Part shown: piece by piece, positions 17,121 to 25,715 of the stretch
Numbering within the stretch: position 1 is the stretch's first letter
Layout of the letters: every line of letters begins with the position of its first letter
Assembly (NCBI GenBank): GCA_902384585.1
Contig: CABMCJ010000004.1
Coordinates: forward strand, 770,086-834,085
Direction of reading: 5' to 3'
DNA: 64,000 nucleotides
Origin: Candidatus Anstonella stagnisolia
Lineage (GTDB): Archaea > Micrarchaeota > Micrarchaeia > Anstonellales > Anstonellaceae
Program-made: the position numbers and the translations under genes
Notes under the pieces: generated by a model
What the model was told of the DNA's origin: nothing
Databases searched by the model: none
What the model saw: the letters and a program-made list of their open reading frames with translations, nothing else

Positions 17121-19517
17121 CTATTGGGGCTTCTGCGCGGCTTCTGTTTCTTCCTCTTCCTCCGCGAGCTCTTCCTGCACTGGGGCGGATTTCTTTGCGC
17201 GGGAGGGGGCGGGCTCCTGGACAAGGGCTGGCGCCTTTATGCCAACCGCTGCGCGCTCTGCAATGTCCTTTTTCACAAGAAGCGGGAATTCCTTTTGCCA
17301 TTGGGCGTCTATTTTTGCAAAATCTATTTCACCCTTGCTGTCCGCGAGCTTTATCATGTTTGAAACAAGGGAGAGGCATTTGAGCACGAAATCAATCTCA
17401 AGGAGCATCTTGTCGTTGTATTTGCGGCTTGCGTCAAGTATCTGGGAGTATATTTTTCCCTTGAAGAAGGCTTCGAGGATGAAATGCTCGGGTGAAAAGC
17501 CGCTCTCTGCAGCGCGCCTTTGAAGCGCAGGGGGGACGAATTTTATTTTCAGGGTTTTCTTGAGTTTTGAGAGGTCTATATTGGAAAGCGATGCTGCGGA
17601 TGCTTCTGGGTTGTCAAGGAAATCGCATTTAACGATTGTTCCTTCAAGGGTATCGGAGCGCTGCAGGGTGAACACTTCCACGAACTTGCGCGCCTCCTGG
17701 TCTGTTTCGTATTCCGTGCCAAGCATGCGGTATACCCTGCTCTTTCTTCCAAAGCGCACTTTGCGCAGGAAAGAGTACCTGTCCGTGTTCAGCATGCTTG
17801 CGGCCGGGATGCCGAACACGAGCTCAAAGCGGTCTTGGACGTCCTTTAGGGACTGCGAGTGCAGGTTGTAGAGAAGGAAAATGCCCGGCTGGGTGTTTAT
17901 GAGGTTCATCACCCCCTGCACTGCAACGCGCGAGCGCACCTCGTTTATAATCACGCAGGCGTCCCCCATGCGAAGCGCCGCGTTCACCATTGAAACCAAA
18001 TCCAGCTCGTTGTTGCCCATGCCGCCCATTTCCTCTTTTTCAGAGCTTTGCACGCGCATTGGGCCTATGTGGAAGCCGCGCTTTCGGAATGCGCGTGAGG
18101 GGATTTCCTCTATGTCTTGAATTGGAAGGATGCGCCGCTTTGTGCCTATTGCGGAAATTTTTGCTGCTGTGAAGCAGGTTTTTCCTACGCCTTTTAAGCC
18201 AAGAACTGCTTCGGAGCAGCCCAGGGAAACCATCACGTCATCGTAGCCTGCAAAGAATGGGGTAAATGAGTTGAGGTTGAGGTATTGGGGATATGTGAAT
18301 GGAGTGGGCCGCATAATGCGCAGTGCTGCCTGCAGCTCGCCGAAAGTTGCGGGTGAGCGCTGGAGATGGCAACGCATTGAGAGGCGCGTGAGGACGATGT
18401 CCACAACAGGGTTCTTGTCGTCGAATTTGCGGGAGCGGTCTGTGGAAGCGACGACGTTGTCGAATGCCTTTTGGAGCATTTCCTTGTTGTATCTCCAGAG
18501 CGTGTGGCACAGGCCGAACTTTGCGTGCTCTATGTAAATGGGGGAATTTTCAGAATCTATGTAAATGTCGGTTATGTTTTCGTCGTCAAGTGCCATGTTC
18601 TCAATTGGGGAGCCCAGCCCCACCACCCATGCGGCTGCCTCGCGCCCCATTGCAAGCGCCTGCGGGTGGGTTATTTGGATTTTTGCAAGCGCTGCCTTGT
18701 CTATGAACTGCTGGGTGTATTCGCGCATGCGCGAATCGAAAATAGTTGTGTAGTCCACTATTTCCCGCGACTCTTTCATGCCTTCTGCGATTGCGTCCTT
18801 GAGCATTTTCTGGAGCTCCTGGGGCAGGTTTTCTATTGCAGGGTTTTCCTGAACATACAGGTTTGCCTCTGCCCCCTCCACCTCGTACACTTTCGCCTTT
18901 ATGCCAAAGCCCAGGTCTATTGGGTTGAAAGGGGAATCTATGAGCTTGGAATTTGCAGGGATTGTGAGAAGGAAATTCTGCAGGAACTGAAGGCTCTTTA
19001 GGCCGAGCGTGGAAAGGAATGCGCCGCGCAAATCCCCGCTTTGCTTTGTGAGCAAATAGAGGCGGCTCTTTTTGTAGGTTGCGAGAATCCCGTTCACCCA
19101 TGCGCGGAAAGTATTGTGCCCCTCCACAAAGACCTGTTTTTCGGGGTAGGGTTCCTCGTATTCTTCGAGCGTGCGCGCTGCTATGAGGGGGTTCATGAAA
19201 AGGAAATCGTAAAAGTCGCGCATGAGTTTCTTGCGCTTGGCGTATGCGTCGTCTTCCTGGCGGCCGTAAATTTTCTGGTCTATTATTATTGCCTCTACCT
19301 GGCGCACAATGCCTGCGTATTCGGAGAAGATCTTGGACTTTTCCTCGTCCAAATCAACTACGGTTTCCTCCTCGTAGCGCATTGTTTTCCAGGGGGATTC
19401 GAGAGTGGAAATTGTCTTGAGGTGCGAATTTAAGCAGGCGGAAGTGGTAAGCCCCAAACCGCACGTTGGGCAGTCCATCACGAGGCGGCTTCCTTGGTAA
19501 GATGGGCGGCATGCCAT
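17121..19517 (-). CDS. Large, divergent secretion-type ATPase of the FlaI/GspE/VirB11 superfamily
   Basis: 798 aa. Walker A is GLKGVGKT and it is followed by ILPIQDIEEIP. ACVIINEVRS sits at the Walker-B/Glu position and NLHSQS at the His-box position. The N-terminus has CPTCG...C and the tail is acidic. Confidence 0.6.
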   Translation of the reverse strand: MACRPSYQGSRLVMDCPTCGLGLTTSACLNSHLKTISTLESPWKTMRYEEETVVDLDEEKSKIFSEYAGIVRQVEAIIIDQKIYGRQEDDAYAKRKKLMRDFYDFLFMNPLIAARTLEEYEEPYPEKQVFVEGHNTFRAWVNGILATYKKSRLYLLTKQSGDLRGAFLSTLGLKSLQFLQNFLLTIPANSKLIDSPFNPIDLGFGIKAKVYEVEGAEANLYVQENPAIENLPQELQKMLKDAIAEGMKESREIVDYTTIFDSRMREYTQQFIDKAALAKIQITHPQALAMGREAAAWVVGLGSPIENMALDDENITDIYIDSENSPIYIEHAKFGLCHTLWRYNKEMLQKAFDNVVASTDRSRKFDDKNPVVDIVLTRLSMRCHLQRSPATFGELQAALRIMRPTPFTYPQYLNLNSFTPFFAGYDDVMVSLGCSEAVLGLKGVGKTCFTAAKISAIGTKRRILPIQDIEEIPSRAFRKRGFHIGPMRVQSSEKEEMGGMGNNELDLVSMVNAALRMGDACVIINEVRSRVAVQGVMNLINTQPGIFLLYNLHSQSLKDVQDRFELVFGIPAASMLNTDRYSFLRKVRFGRKSRVYRMLGTEYETDQEARKFVEVFTLQRSDTLEGTIVKCDFLDNPEASAASLSNIDLSKLKKTLKIKFVPPALQRRAAESGFSPEHFILEAFFKGKIYSQILDASRKYNDKMLLEIDFVLKCLSLVSNMIKLADSKGEIDFAKIDAQWQKEFPLLVKKDIAERAAVGIKAPALVQEPAPSRAKKSAPVQEELAEEEEETEAAQKPQ

Positions 19518-19538
19518 GGGAAGAAAACTGCTGTGAGG

Positions 19539-19548
19539 TTTTTATAGA
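19539..19548 (-). promoter_or_regulatory. TATA-box-like element for the ATPase gene (leaderless-type spacing)
   Basis: The minus strand reads TCTATAAAAA 22-31 nt upstream of ATG 19517. Confidence 0.45.
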
Positions 19549-19605
19549 TGACTATTGGCTGCCGCTTGTGCAAAGCTTTAATGTTTTAGTTGAGAAAACC
19601 TGCAT

Positions 19606-21093
19606 ATGGTGAAGGTTTACAATACGATGGGCAAAAAGGTCGAGGAGCTCAAAGTGCCCAAGGGAAAAAAGCTGGGCGTTTATGTGTGCGGGCTCACTAC
19701 TTATGATTATTCGCACATGGGGCATGCGAGGACGTACGTTGCGTTTGACATTGTGATAAGGTATTTGAAGAAAGCTGGATTTGAGGTCAAATTTGTGCAA
19801 AATGTCACGGACATCGATGACAAGATACTCAAGCGCGCTATGGAGCGGGGAGAGGAACCGCTTGCACTTTCTGCACGCTTTGACAGGCTTGCAAGAGAAG
19901 ACATGAAGGCGCTGAACATTATGCCTGCGGACGTGTATCCAAAGGCAAGCGAGAATTTGGGGCAGATTGCAAAAATGGTAAGGGAACTTGAGGAAAAGGG
20001 ATTTGCGTACAAAACAAAAAGCGGGATTTATTTTGAGGTCGGAAAGTTCAGGGAGTATGGGAAACTGTCCGGGCAGAAACTGGGGGAGCTGAACGCGGGC
20101 GCGCGGGTTGCGGTGGACGAGAGCAAGAAAAACCCCGAGGACTTTGCGCTCTGGAAATTCACTAAAGTTGGGGAATGGGGGTTTGAAAGCGGACTTGGGA
20201 AAGGAAGGCCTGGCTGGCACATTGAGTGCAGTGCGATGGCAAGGGAGCATTTGGGAGAAACGGTTGATATTCACGGAGGCGCGCGGGACCTGGTGTTCCC
20301 GCACCATGAGAACGAGATTGCGCAAAGCGAGGCTGCGAATGGGAAAAAATTCGTAAAGCACTGGATGCACACTGGATTTCTTACTGTTAACGGGGAGAAA
20401 ATGGCGAAATCACTTGGAAATTTTGTCACTATAAGGGACGCACTCTCAAAGTTTGATGCGAATTCCATTCGCATGTTCTTTGCAATGGCGCATTATCGCA
20501 GCCCGGTTGACTATTCGGAAAAGAGCATTGAGACCGCACGGAACACGCTGGAGAAAATATTTGGGAATATTGCAAGGGCTAAAGGTGCTGTTGGGGGCAA
20601 AAGCGGGAGCATTGTGGGGGATGCGCAAAAGGCTGCAGCTGAATTTGATGCTGCAATGGAAAATGATTTTGACACCCCGAATGCGGCAGCCACCATGATT
20701 GCGTTAAGCAAGAAGCTGGGAGAGGCGGCTGCTGAAGGGAAAGCAAAGGAAGTTGGCGAGGCGCTTGGTGTGCTGTATGGAATGCTCGATGTTTTTGGCA
20801 TTGATTATTCGAACGTGAGGACACACCATATGCTGGAGTTGGGGGAATCGGCGGGAAAAGAAAGTGATGCGGGCGCGGAAGGGATGCCTGGCGTGAAATC
20901 AATCGAGGAAAAGCTCGCAAAAATACAGGGGGGGATTTCTGATTCCGACATACAATGGCTGCTTAAGGCGCGGAATGCTGCGCGGGCAAAAAAGGATTTT
21001 GCGCTTTCAGACAGGATAAGGAAGGAACTCGCTGCCGCAGGGATTGAAGTGGAGGACGCAAAGGGCGGCGCGAGCTGGAAAAGGAAATCCTAG
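19606..21093 (+). CDS. cysS: Cysteinyl-tRNA synthetase
   Basis: HIGH-type motif YSHMGHARTY, KMSKS-type motif KMAKSLGN, and WHIECSAM. Confidence 0.95.
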   Translation: MVKVYNTMGKKVEELKVPKGKKLGVYVCGLTTYDYSHMGHARTYVAFDIVIRYLKKAGFEVKFVQNVTDIDDKILKRAMERGEEPLALSARFDRLAREDMKALNIMPADVYPKASENLGQIAKMVRELEEKGFAYKTKSGIYFEVGKFREYGKLSGQKLGELNAGARVAVDESKKNPEDFALWKFTKVGEWGFESGLGKGRPGWHIECSAMAREHLGETVDIHGGARDLVFPHHENEIAQSEAANGKKFVKHWMHTGFLTVNGEKMAKSLGNFVTIRDALSKFDANSIRMFFAMAHYRSPVDYSEKSIETARNTLEKIFGNIARAKGAVGGKSGSIVGDAQKAAAEFDAAMENDFDTPNAAATMIALSKKLGEAAAEGKAKEVGEALGVLYGMLDVFGIDYSNVRTHHMLELGESAGKESDAGAEGMPGVKSIEEKLAKIQGGISDSDIQWLLKARNAARAKKDFALSDRIRKELAAAGIEVEDAKGGASWKRKS

Positions 21094-22826
21094 AAAACAG
21101 AAACTGTGCTTTTTACCGCTTTTACCAGGCGAAGCAGCAGCAGCGCTGCAAAAGAAAGCGCGGGCAATATTGCGAGCGATGTGGGAAGCACGCTGTTTGC
21201 AAACAGGAAGGCAAGCGAGAAGAGGGCGAATGCAAGCACGCCTGAGAACTGGAGCGCGACCACGAGGAACTTGTTTGAGATGCTCCTTCCAAGCACGCGG
21301 AAAAGCGAGGAAACCGAGGAATTGAGGTTTATTGCGAATATTGTTGAGGAAAGCACGAATGCGAAGAGCAGGAGCGCGGAGGCCACGTAGCCCGACTCGG
21401 TTTGGGAAAAGCCCTGAAGGAAAAATATGGCGCCAAAGGAAAGGAGCGAGATTGCGGCAAAGAAAATGCAGTTGTTTGTGAGCAGGCTTAGGTGGTCGTT
21501 TGTAGGAAGGGTCTCCTGCACCTGCCCTATTTGCGGCAAATGCGAGATTATGGAGTTGTAGCGGATGTTCTGCTCCGCGCTGCGGTGGAGCTTTATGGAA
21601 GTTGCGCGCAGAAGCCGCGCGTTTGTGATGAAGAAGCGCGGGACTGCAGCATTGAGAAGGAAGTATGTCTCGTTTTCCTTGTTTATCAGGAATACGGAAA
21701 CGATTGTGGAAATCACGATTGTGGTTGCCATTATGCCGAGCATGCTGCTGGAAAGTATCCCAAGTGAAACTCCTTTTGCGCCTATGAGGAGGGAAAGTTC
21801 GCTTAGGGGGAGAAGGGAGATTGCGGCAAAGCACGCGCTGCGCCCCGTAAAGCCCGAAATGTAGGCGGAAATCGCCGAGGAAAAGAACTTGCCCAAAATT
21901 GCAAGCAGGAGTATTGAGATTATGAGCGTGAGGTGAGTGAAAGTCGCGCCGATGTCAACAAGCATGCCGATTGAGAAAAAGAAGAAGGATGCGAACAATA
22001 GGTTGAAGGGCTTTATCGCCTCCTCTATTTTGTTTGCCTGAAGCGAGCTTGCAATTGCACTGCCCGCAAGGAAGGCGCCCACTGAAAAGCCCATGCCAAG
22101 CGCCTCGGAAAGGTAGCTCACAATGAGCACCACGCTCACGGTCGCAAGCACCAGGATATCGTTGCTGCCTGAGATGTGGGAGAAGAAAATTTTCACAAGG
22201 CGCGAGAGTATCATGTACGTGAAGATGAACGTGAGGATTACCTTGAAGATTGAAATCATGAGGGCATAGTTGTCAAGCAATATGTTTGGGGTGGAAAGTA
22301 TGCCCAGTGCGAACACCGCGACAAGGTCCTCAAGAACCAGCACTGTAATTATGAAGGGCACTTCGGGGCGGCGGATTTTGTCCTTTTGCTCAAGTATTTT
22401 TGTTATTATGGGCGTGCTTGAAAGCGAGAGTATGAGCGCGAGGTACATTGCGGCTATCGGGGGAAAACCGAGCTGGGAAACAACTACGTAACTTATGAGG
22501 TAGGCAAGCCCGATTTTTATCATGCCGCCAAGCATTGTGAAAATGCCCATCTGCGAGAGGCGCACCACTGAGAACTCAAGGCCGATTCCAAAAAGGATGA
22601 GGGTTGCGCCAAGGGACGCGAATATGTTCACTAGGTCAAACTCGGTTATGAGGACGTCGGAAAATGAGAAGGGGCCGAGCTGGAAGCCCTTGAGCGGGCT
22701 TGCAGGCCCAACCAGTATGCCTGCAACGAGAAGCCCGAGCACGAGGGGCATGCGAAGCCGCTGCGCAAGCAGCGAGATGAGAAGAATCGCAGTCACGCTT
22801 ATTGCGATTATGAAAATCGGTTCCAT
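21090..22826 (-). CDS. Cation:proton antiporter (CPA2/Kef-NapA type) with an additional C-terminal membrane region
   Basis: 578 aa, polytopic. The N-terminus is LLAQRLRMPLVLGLLVAGILVGP, typical of the Na_H_Exchanger family. Confidence 0.8.
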   Translation of the reverse strand: MEPIFIIAISVTAILLISLLAQRLRMPLVLGLLVAGILVGPASPLKGFQLGPFSFSDVLITEFDLVNIFASLGATLILFGIGLEFSVVRLSQMGIFTMLGGMIKIGLAYLISYVVVSQLGFPPIAAMYLALILSLSSTPIITKILEQKDKIRRPEVPFIITVLVLEDLVAVFALGILSTPNILLDNYALMISIFKVILTFIFTYMILSRLVKIFFSHISGSNDILVLATVSVVLIVSYLSEALGMGFSVGAFLAGSAIASSLQANKIEEAIKPFNLLFASFFFFSIGMLVDIGATFTHLTLIISILLLAILGKFFSSAISAYISGFTGRSACFAAISLLPLSELSLLIGAKGVSLGILSSSMLGIMATTIVISTIVSVFLINKENETYFLLNAAVPRFFITNARLLRATSIKLHRSAEQNIRYNSIISHLPQIGQVQETLPTNDHLSLLTNNCIFFAAISLLSFGAIFFLQGFSQTESGYVASALLLFAFVLSSTIFAINLNSSVSSLFRVLGRSISNKFLVVALQFSGVLAFALFSLAFLFANSVLPTSLAILPALSFAALLLLRLVKAVKSTVSVF

Positions 22827-22872
22827 TGCAAAAAACTTTGTGCGCGTTGTTTTTAATCGTTGGCAATTGGCA

Positions 22873-23388
22873 TCAGGGCAGCAGGCGCCTTATCCTTGAG
22901 AAGATGGAGGAGATTTTTGGGGCATTTTCCGCGCGCATTTGTGCGCGTGCTGAGGGCGAATTTTGCGCGCACTCCATGCACAGCGCGTTGCCGTTTTCGT
23001 CCAGGAATTTTAGGGAGGACGGTTTTTTGCACACTGAGCAGACCTTGGGCGCGAACTTCCCTGTGCGCTCTTCGTTGCACTTTTTGCATATGATGCCGCC
23101 ATTTGGCATCTTGAATTTCTCTTCCCATTCGCCAAGTTCCTTTTTGCACAGGGTGCAATGCACGATGCGTTCGATGCGCTGCATTTCTGAAAAGCAATAC
23201 GAGCACAGGAGCGAGCCCTTGTAGTTTCTTGCCTCGTCCGCGCGTATGCTGCGTCCGCAGCGGGAGCATGAGCGTGCGGACACTTCGGTTTGCTTGCGGT
23301 TGTAACAGGGAATGCAGTTCATTGAACGCGCGTAGTAACCGCTGTCGTACTCGTCTATCATTGAGCCGCAGTTGAGGCAGTAAACCAT
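22873..23388 (-). CDS. Multi-zinc-ribbon protein, function unknown
   Basis: 171 aa with at least five CxxC pairs (CLNCG, CIPC, CSRCG, CSYC, CTLC, CKKC, CSVC, CMEC). Confidence 0.55.
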   Translation of the reverse strand: MVYCLNCGSMIDEYDSGYYARSMNCIPCYNRKQTEVSARSCSRCGRSIRADEARNYKGSLLCSYCFSEMQRIERIVHCTLCKKELGEWEEKFKMPNGGIICKKCNEERTGKFAPKVCSVCKKPSSLKFLDENGNALCMECAQNSPSARAQMRAENAPKISSIFSRIRRLLP

Positions 23389-23405
23389 GTGCGCACCGTG
23401 CTGTT

Positions 23406-23912
23406 TCAGTCAAAGCTTATTTTGGAAATTTTCAAAAATGCAATGCCCGCGCCTTCCGGAAAGGCAAGCACGAGCTCCTTGCGCATGAAATGCGCGACTG
23501 CTATTTCACGCAAAAGGGATGCGCGGGAGAATTTCCAGCCTTTATCGCACACGCGCACTATTGTTTGCGCGCGCTCCTCTTCGCGCCCAATGCCGCGCGA
23601 GTACACGCGGAGATAAGGGGAAGGAATTGAGTGTTCGCGGCATATGCGGCCCTGCGCGCGCAAATGCTCAAAGCAGCGGTAGCGAAGAGGGAGGTATTTG
23701 TCCTTTTTTGAGAGAAGCTTTTCAAGGGCTGCGTGGGGGAGGGGCTTTTTGCCGCTGGAAATTTTTATGCCGAGCCGTTTGCACAAATAGAGGGCTTCGC
23801 AGGGTGAGAGGCGGAGGAGTGTTGGGGAAACAAGCGAGCCAAAGCCGCGGGTGCGCAGGAATTCTATTTCTTTTGGGCTGCTTTCGGTTATTTTGTTTTT
23901 TTGGAGTTCCAT
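23406..23912 (-). CDS. endA: tRNA-intron (splicing) endonuclease homolog, single-unit size
   Basis: Start moved to ATG 23912 (MELQKN...), 1 nt after the upstream stop. LRLSPCEALYL, YLRVYSRG and VAHFMRKELVLAF match the EndA C-terminal domain. The catalytic-His position appears substituted (EERAQTIVRV against KEHSVYLVKV in M. jannaschii). Confidence 0.75.
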   Translation of the reverse strand: MELQKNKITESSPKEIEFLRTRGFGSLVSPTLLRLSPCEALYLCKRLGIKISSGKKPLPHAALEKLLSKKDKYLPLRYRCFEHLRAQGRICREHSIPSPYLRVYSRGIGREEERAQTIVRVCDKGWKFSRASLLREIAVAHFMRKELVLAFPEGAGIAFLKISKISFD

Positions 23913-23913
23913 T

Positions 23914-24414
23914 TTATGCCTCGTTGCCTGCCTTGCTGTGGCTTGCCGACACCAAATCAATGATATGGGAAATGCTGCTGTTTTCAAAATCAACAAGTTC
24001 TGCCTCGTATCCGTAGCCGCCGGGGGTGTCTATGTGCAGCGTGCCGAGCCCCAGTATGCTTTGGAGGGGTGAGCGGGAGACTGAAAAATTGTCAACGTGG
24101 GAAAGCGGTATGCTCCTTGTGTTTTTTGAGAGGATGCCGCTTGTGAGCGAGAGCTGCTGCGGGCTTATGCTGCAGTAAACGCTGCGGGAAATCAAGATGG
24201 ACGCTGCAGCCGCAAGAAGGGCGAGGAGCAGGAGCGCGGCTTGTGAGTAAAGCCAGAAAGTTTCCAGAGCAAAGAGGGACGGGGCAAACAGGTATGGGGC
24301 GGAAAAGAGCATGAGTGCGTATGAGGCCAGAAAGGCGGCAAAAACATATATGAGAGTTGGGAGCGGAGACTGGAAAAATGTTTTTTCCCCTGTTTTTTCA
24401 ACTGGCTGCGCCAT
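23914..24414 (-). CDS. Membrane protein with a bacterial-PH (bPH_2/YdbS-like) domain
   Basis: Start moved to ATG 24414 (MAQPVEK...). Two TM helices are followed by LTSGILSKNTRSIPLSHVDNFSVSRSPLQSILGLGTLHIDT. Confidence 0.6.
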   Translation of the reverse strand: MAQPVEKTGEKTFFQSPLPTLIYVFAAFLASYALMLFSAPYLFAPSLFALETFWLYSQAALLLLALLAAAASILISRSVYCSISPQQLSLTSGILSKNTRSIPLSHVDNFSVSRSPLQSILGLGTLHIDTPGGYGYEAELVDFENSSISHIIDLVSASHSKAGNEA

Positions 24415-24432
24415 ATGTGCGATATCCGCACG

Positions 24433-24443
24433 TAATATAAAAA
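24433..24443. promoter_or_regulatory. TATA-like element in the 49-nt divergent intergenic region
   Basis: TAATATAAAAA lies 21-31 nt upstream of ATG 24464 and 19-29 nt from ATG 24414 on the other strand. Confidence 0.45.
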
Positions 24444-24463
24444 CCCTTGCGCAAAGCAAAGGC

Positions 24464-25636
24464 ATGATAATCGGGATAGTGGGTGCGCCTAACAAGGGCA
24501 AGAGCACATTCTTTTCGGCTGCCACAATGGTGGATGCGCAGATTGCGGACTACCCTTTCACCACGATTGACCCGAACAAGGGAGTTGCGTATGTGAGAAG
24601 CCCGTGCCCGCACGTTGCACTGGGGCTGAAAAAATGCGACGCAAGGAACTCAAAATGCGAAGGGGGGGTGCGGCTCATTCCCATAAACATGGTGGACGTT
24701 GCGGGATTGGTGCCTGATGCGCACCTTGGAAAAGGCATGGGAAACCAGTTTTTGGGGGACCTTGCGCAGGCGGACGTTCTTATACAAGTGGTGGATGCAA
24801 GCGGGCGCACTGATGTGCAGGGGAACCGCGTGGAGGGCGCAGATGTATGCGAGGAAGTGAGGATGCTGCAGCGCGAAATTGAATATTGGATAAAGGCAGT
24901 GTTGGACAAGAACTGGGCAAAAATAAAGGGCAGGGGGATTGCGGATGTTGCGCTTGCGCTTTCCGGAATGAACGTGGGAGCGGCGGCATGCGAGGCTGCT
25001 GCGCGCGAGTGCGGATTGCAAATTGAGAAAATAGAATGGGATGATGGGGAAAAAATGGAGTTCTGCAAAAAAATAAGGGAGGCAAGCAAGCCCATTGTTG
25101 TTGCCGCGAACAAGTGTGATGCGCAGGGGGCTGCTGCAAATGTGGAAAAATTAAGAAATGATTTCCCGGAAATGCTTGTTGTGCCAACGTGCGCCGTTGG
25201 GGAGCTTGCGCTTCGGAAAGCGGCGCTGGGCGGGAAAATAAAATACGTGCCAGGGGCTGCAAACTTCGAGATTTGCGCTGAAATTGAAGAGAAGCAGGCA
25301 AAGGCGCTTGAGGCGATTGGGAAGATAATGCGTGCAAACGGGGAATGCGGGATGGGGGTGCAGGAGCTTATAGGGAAGGCTGTTTTTGAATATTTGAAGC
25401 TGGCGGACGTTTATCCGGTTGAGGACGAGCACAAGTTTTGCGACAACGCGGGCAGGGTGCTGCCGGATGCCTTCCTCATGAAAAAAGGCGCGACTGTTTT
25501 TGACTTGGCGGGAAAAGTGCACACAGATTTGCAGCAGCATTTCATAGGGGCAGTTAATGCAAAAACTAAGATGAGGGTGGGGCGGGACACGCTGCTTTTG
25601 CGCGGGGACGTAATACGCATAATTGCGGGGAAGTAA
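24464..25636 (+). CDS. Obg-family GTPase (YchF/Ygr210-related) with a C-terminal TGS domain
   Basis: Start moved to ATG 24464. The G1 motif is GIVGAPNKGKST, followed by YPFTTIDPN, DVAGLV and NKCD. The C-terminal segment is GDVIRIIAGK. Confidence 0.85.
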   Translation: MIIGIVGAPNKGKSTFFSAATMVDAQIADYPFTTIDPNKGVAYVRSPCPHVALGLKKCDARNSKCEGGVRLIPINMVDVAGLVPDAHLGKGMGNQFLGDLAQADVLIQVVDASGRTDVQGNRVEGADVCEEVRMLQREIEYWIKAVLDKNWAKIKGRGIADVALALSGMNVGAAACEAAARECGLQIEKIEWDDGEKMEFCKKIREASKPIVVAANKCDAQGAAANVEKLRNDFPEMLVVPTCAVGELALRKAALGGKIKYVPGAANFEICAEIEEKQAKALEAIGKIMRANGECGMGVQELIGKAVFEYLKLADVYPVEDEHKFCDNAGRVLPDAFLMKKGATVFDLAGKVHTDLQQHFIGAVNAKTKMRVGRDTLLLRGDVIRIIAGK

Positions 25637-25715
25637 GTTGCATCAGGCGGCGAGCCTTGCAAAGAGGCAAAAGATAAAAAGCGGGACTGAGAATATAGGG
25701 AAACGCGGTGATATC

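Noticed and set aside
19552-21834. Minus-strand ORFs 19552..20370 (272 aa) and 21007..21834 (275 aa).
   Set aside because: The first is antisense to cysS. The second is an off-frame overlap of the antiporter gene. Both are Arg/Pro/His-rich nonsense-like sequences.
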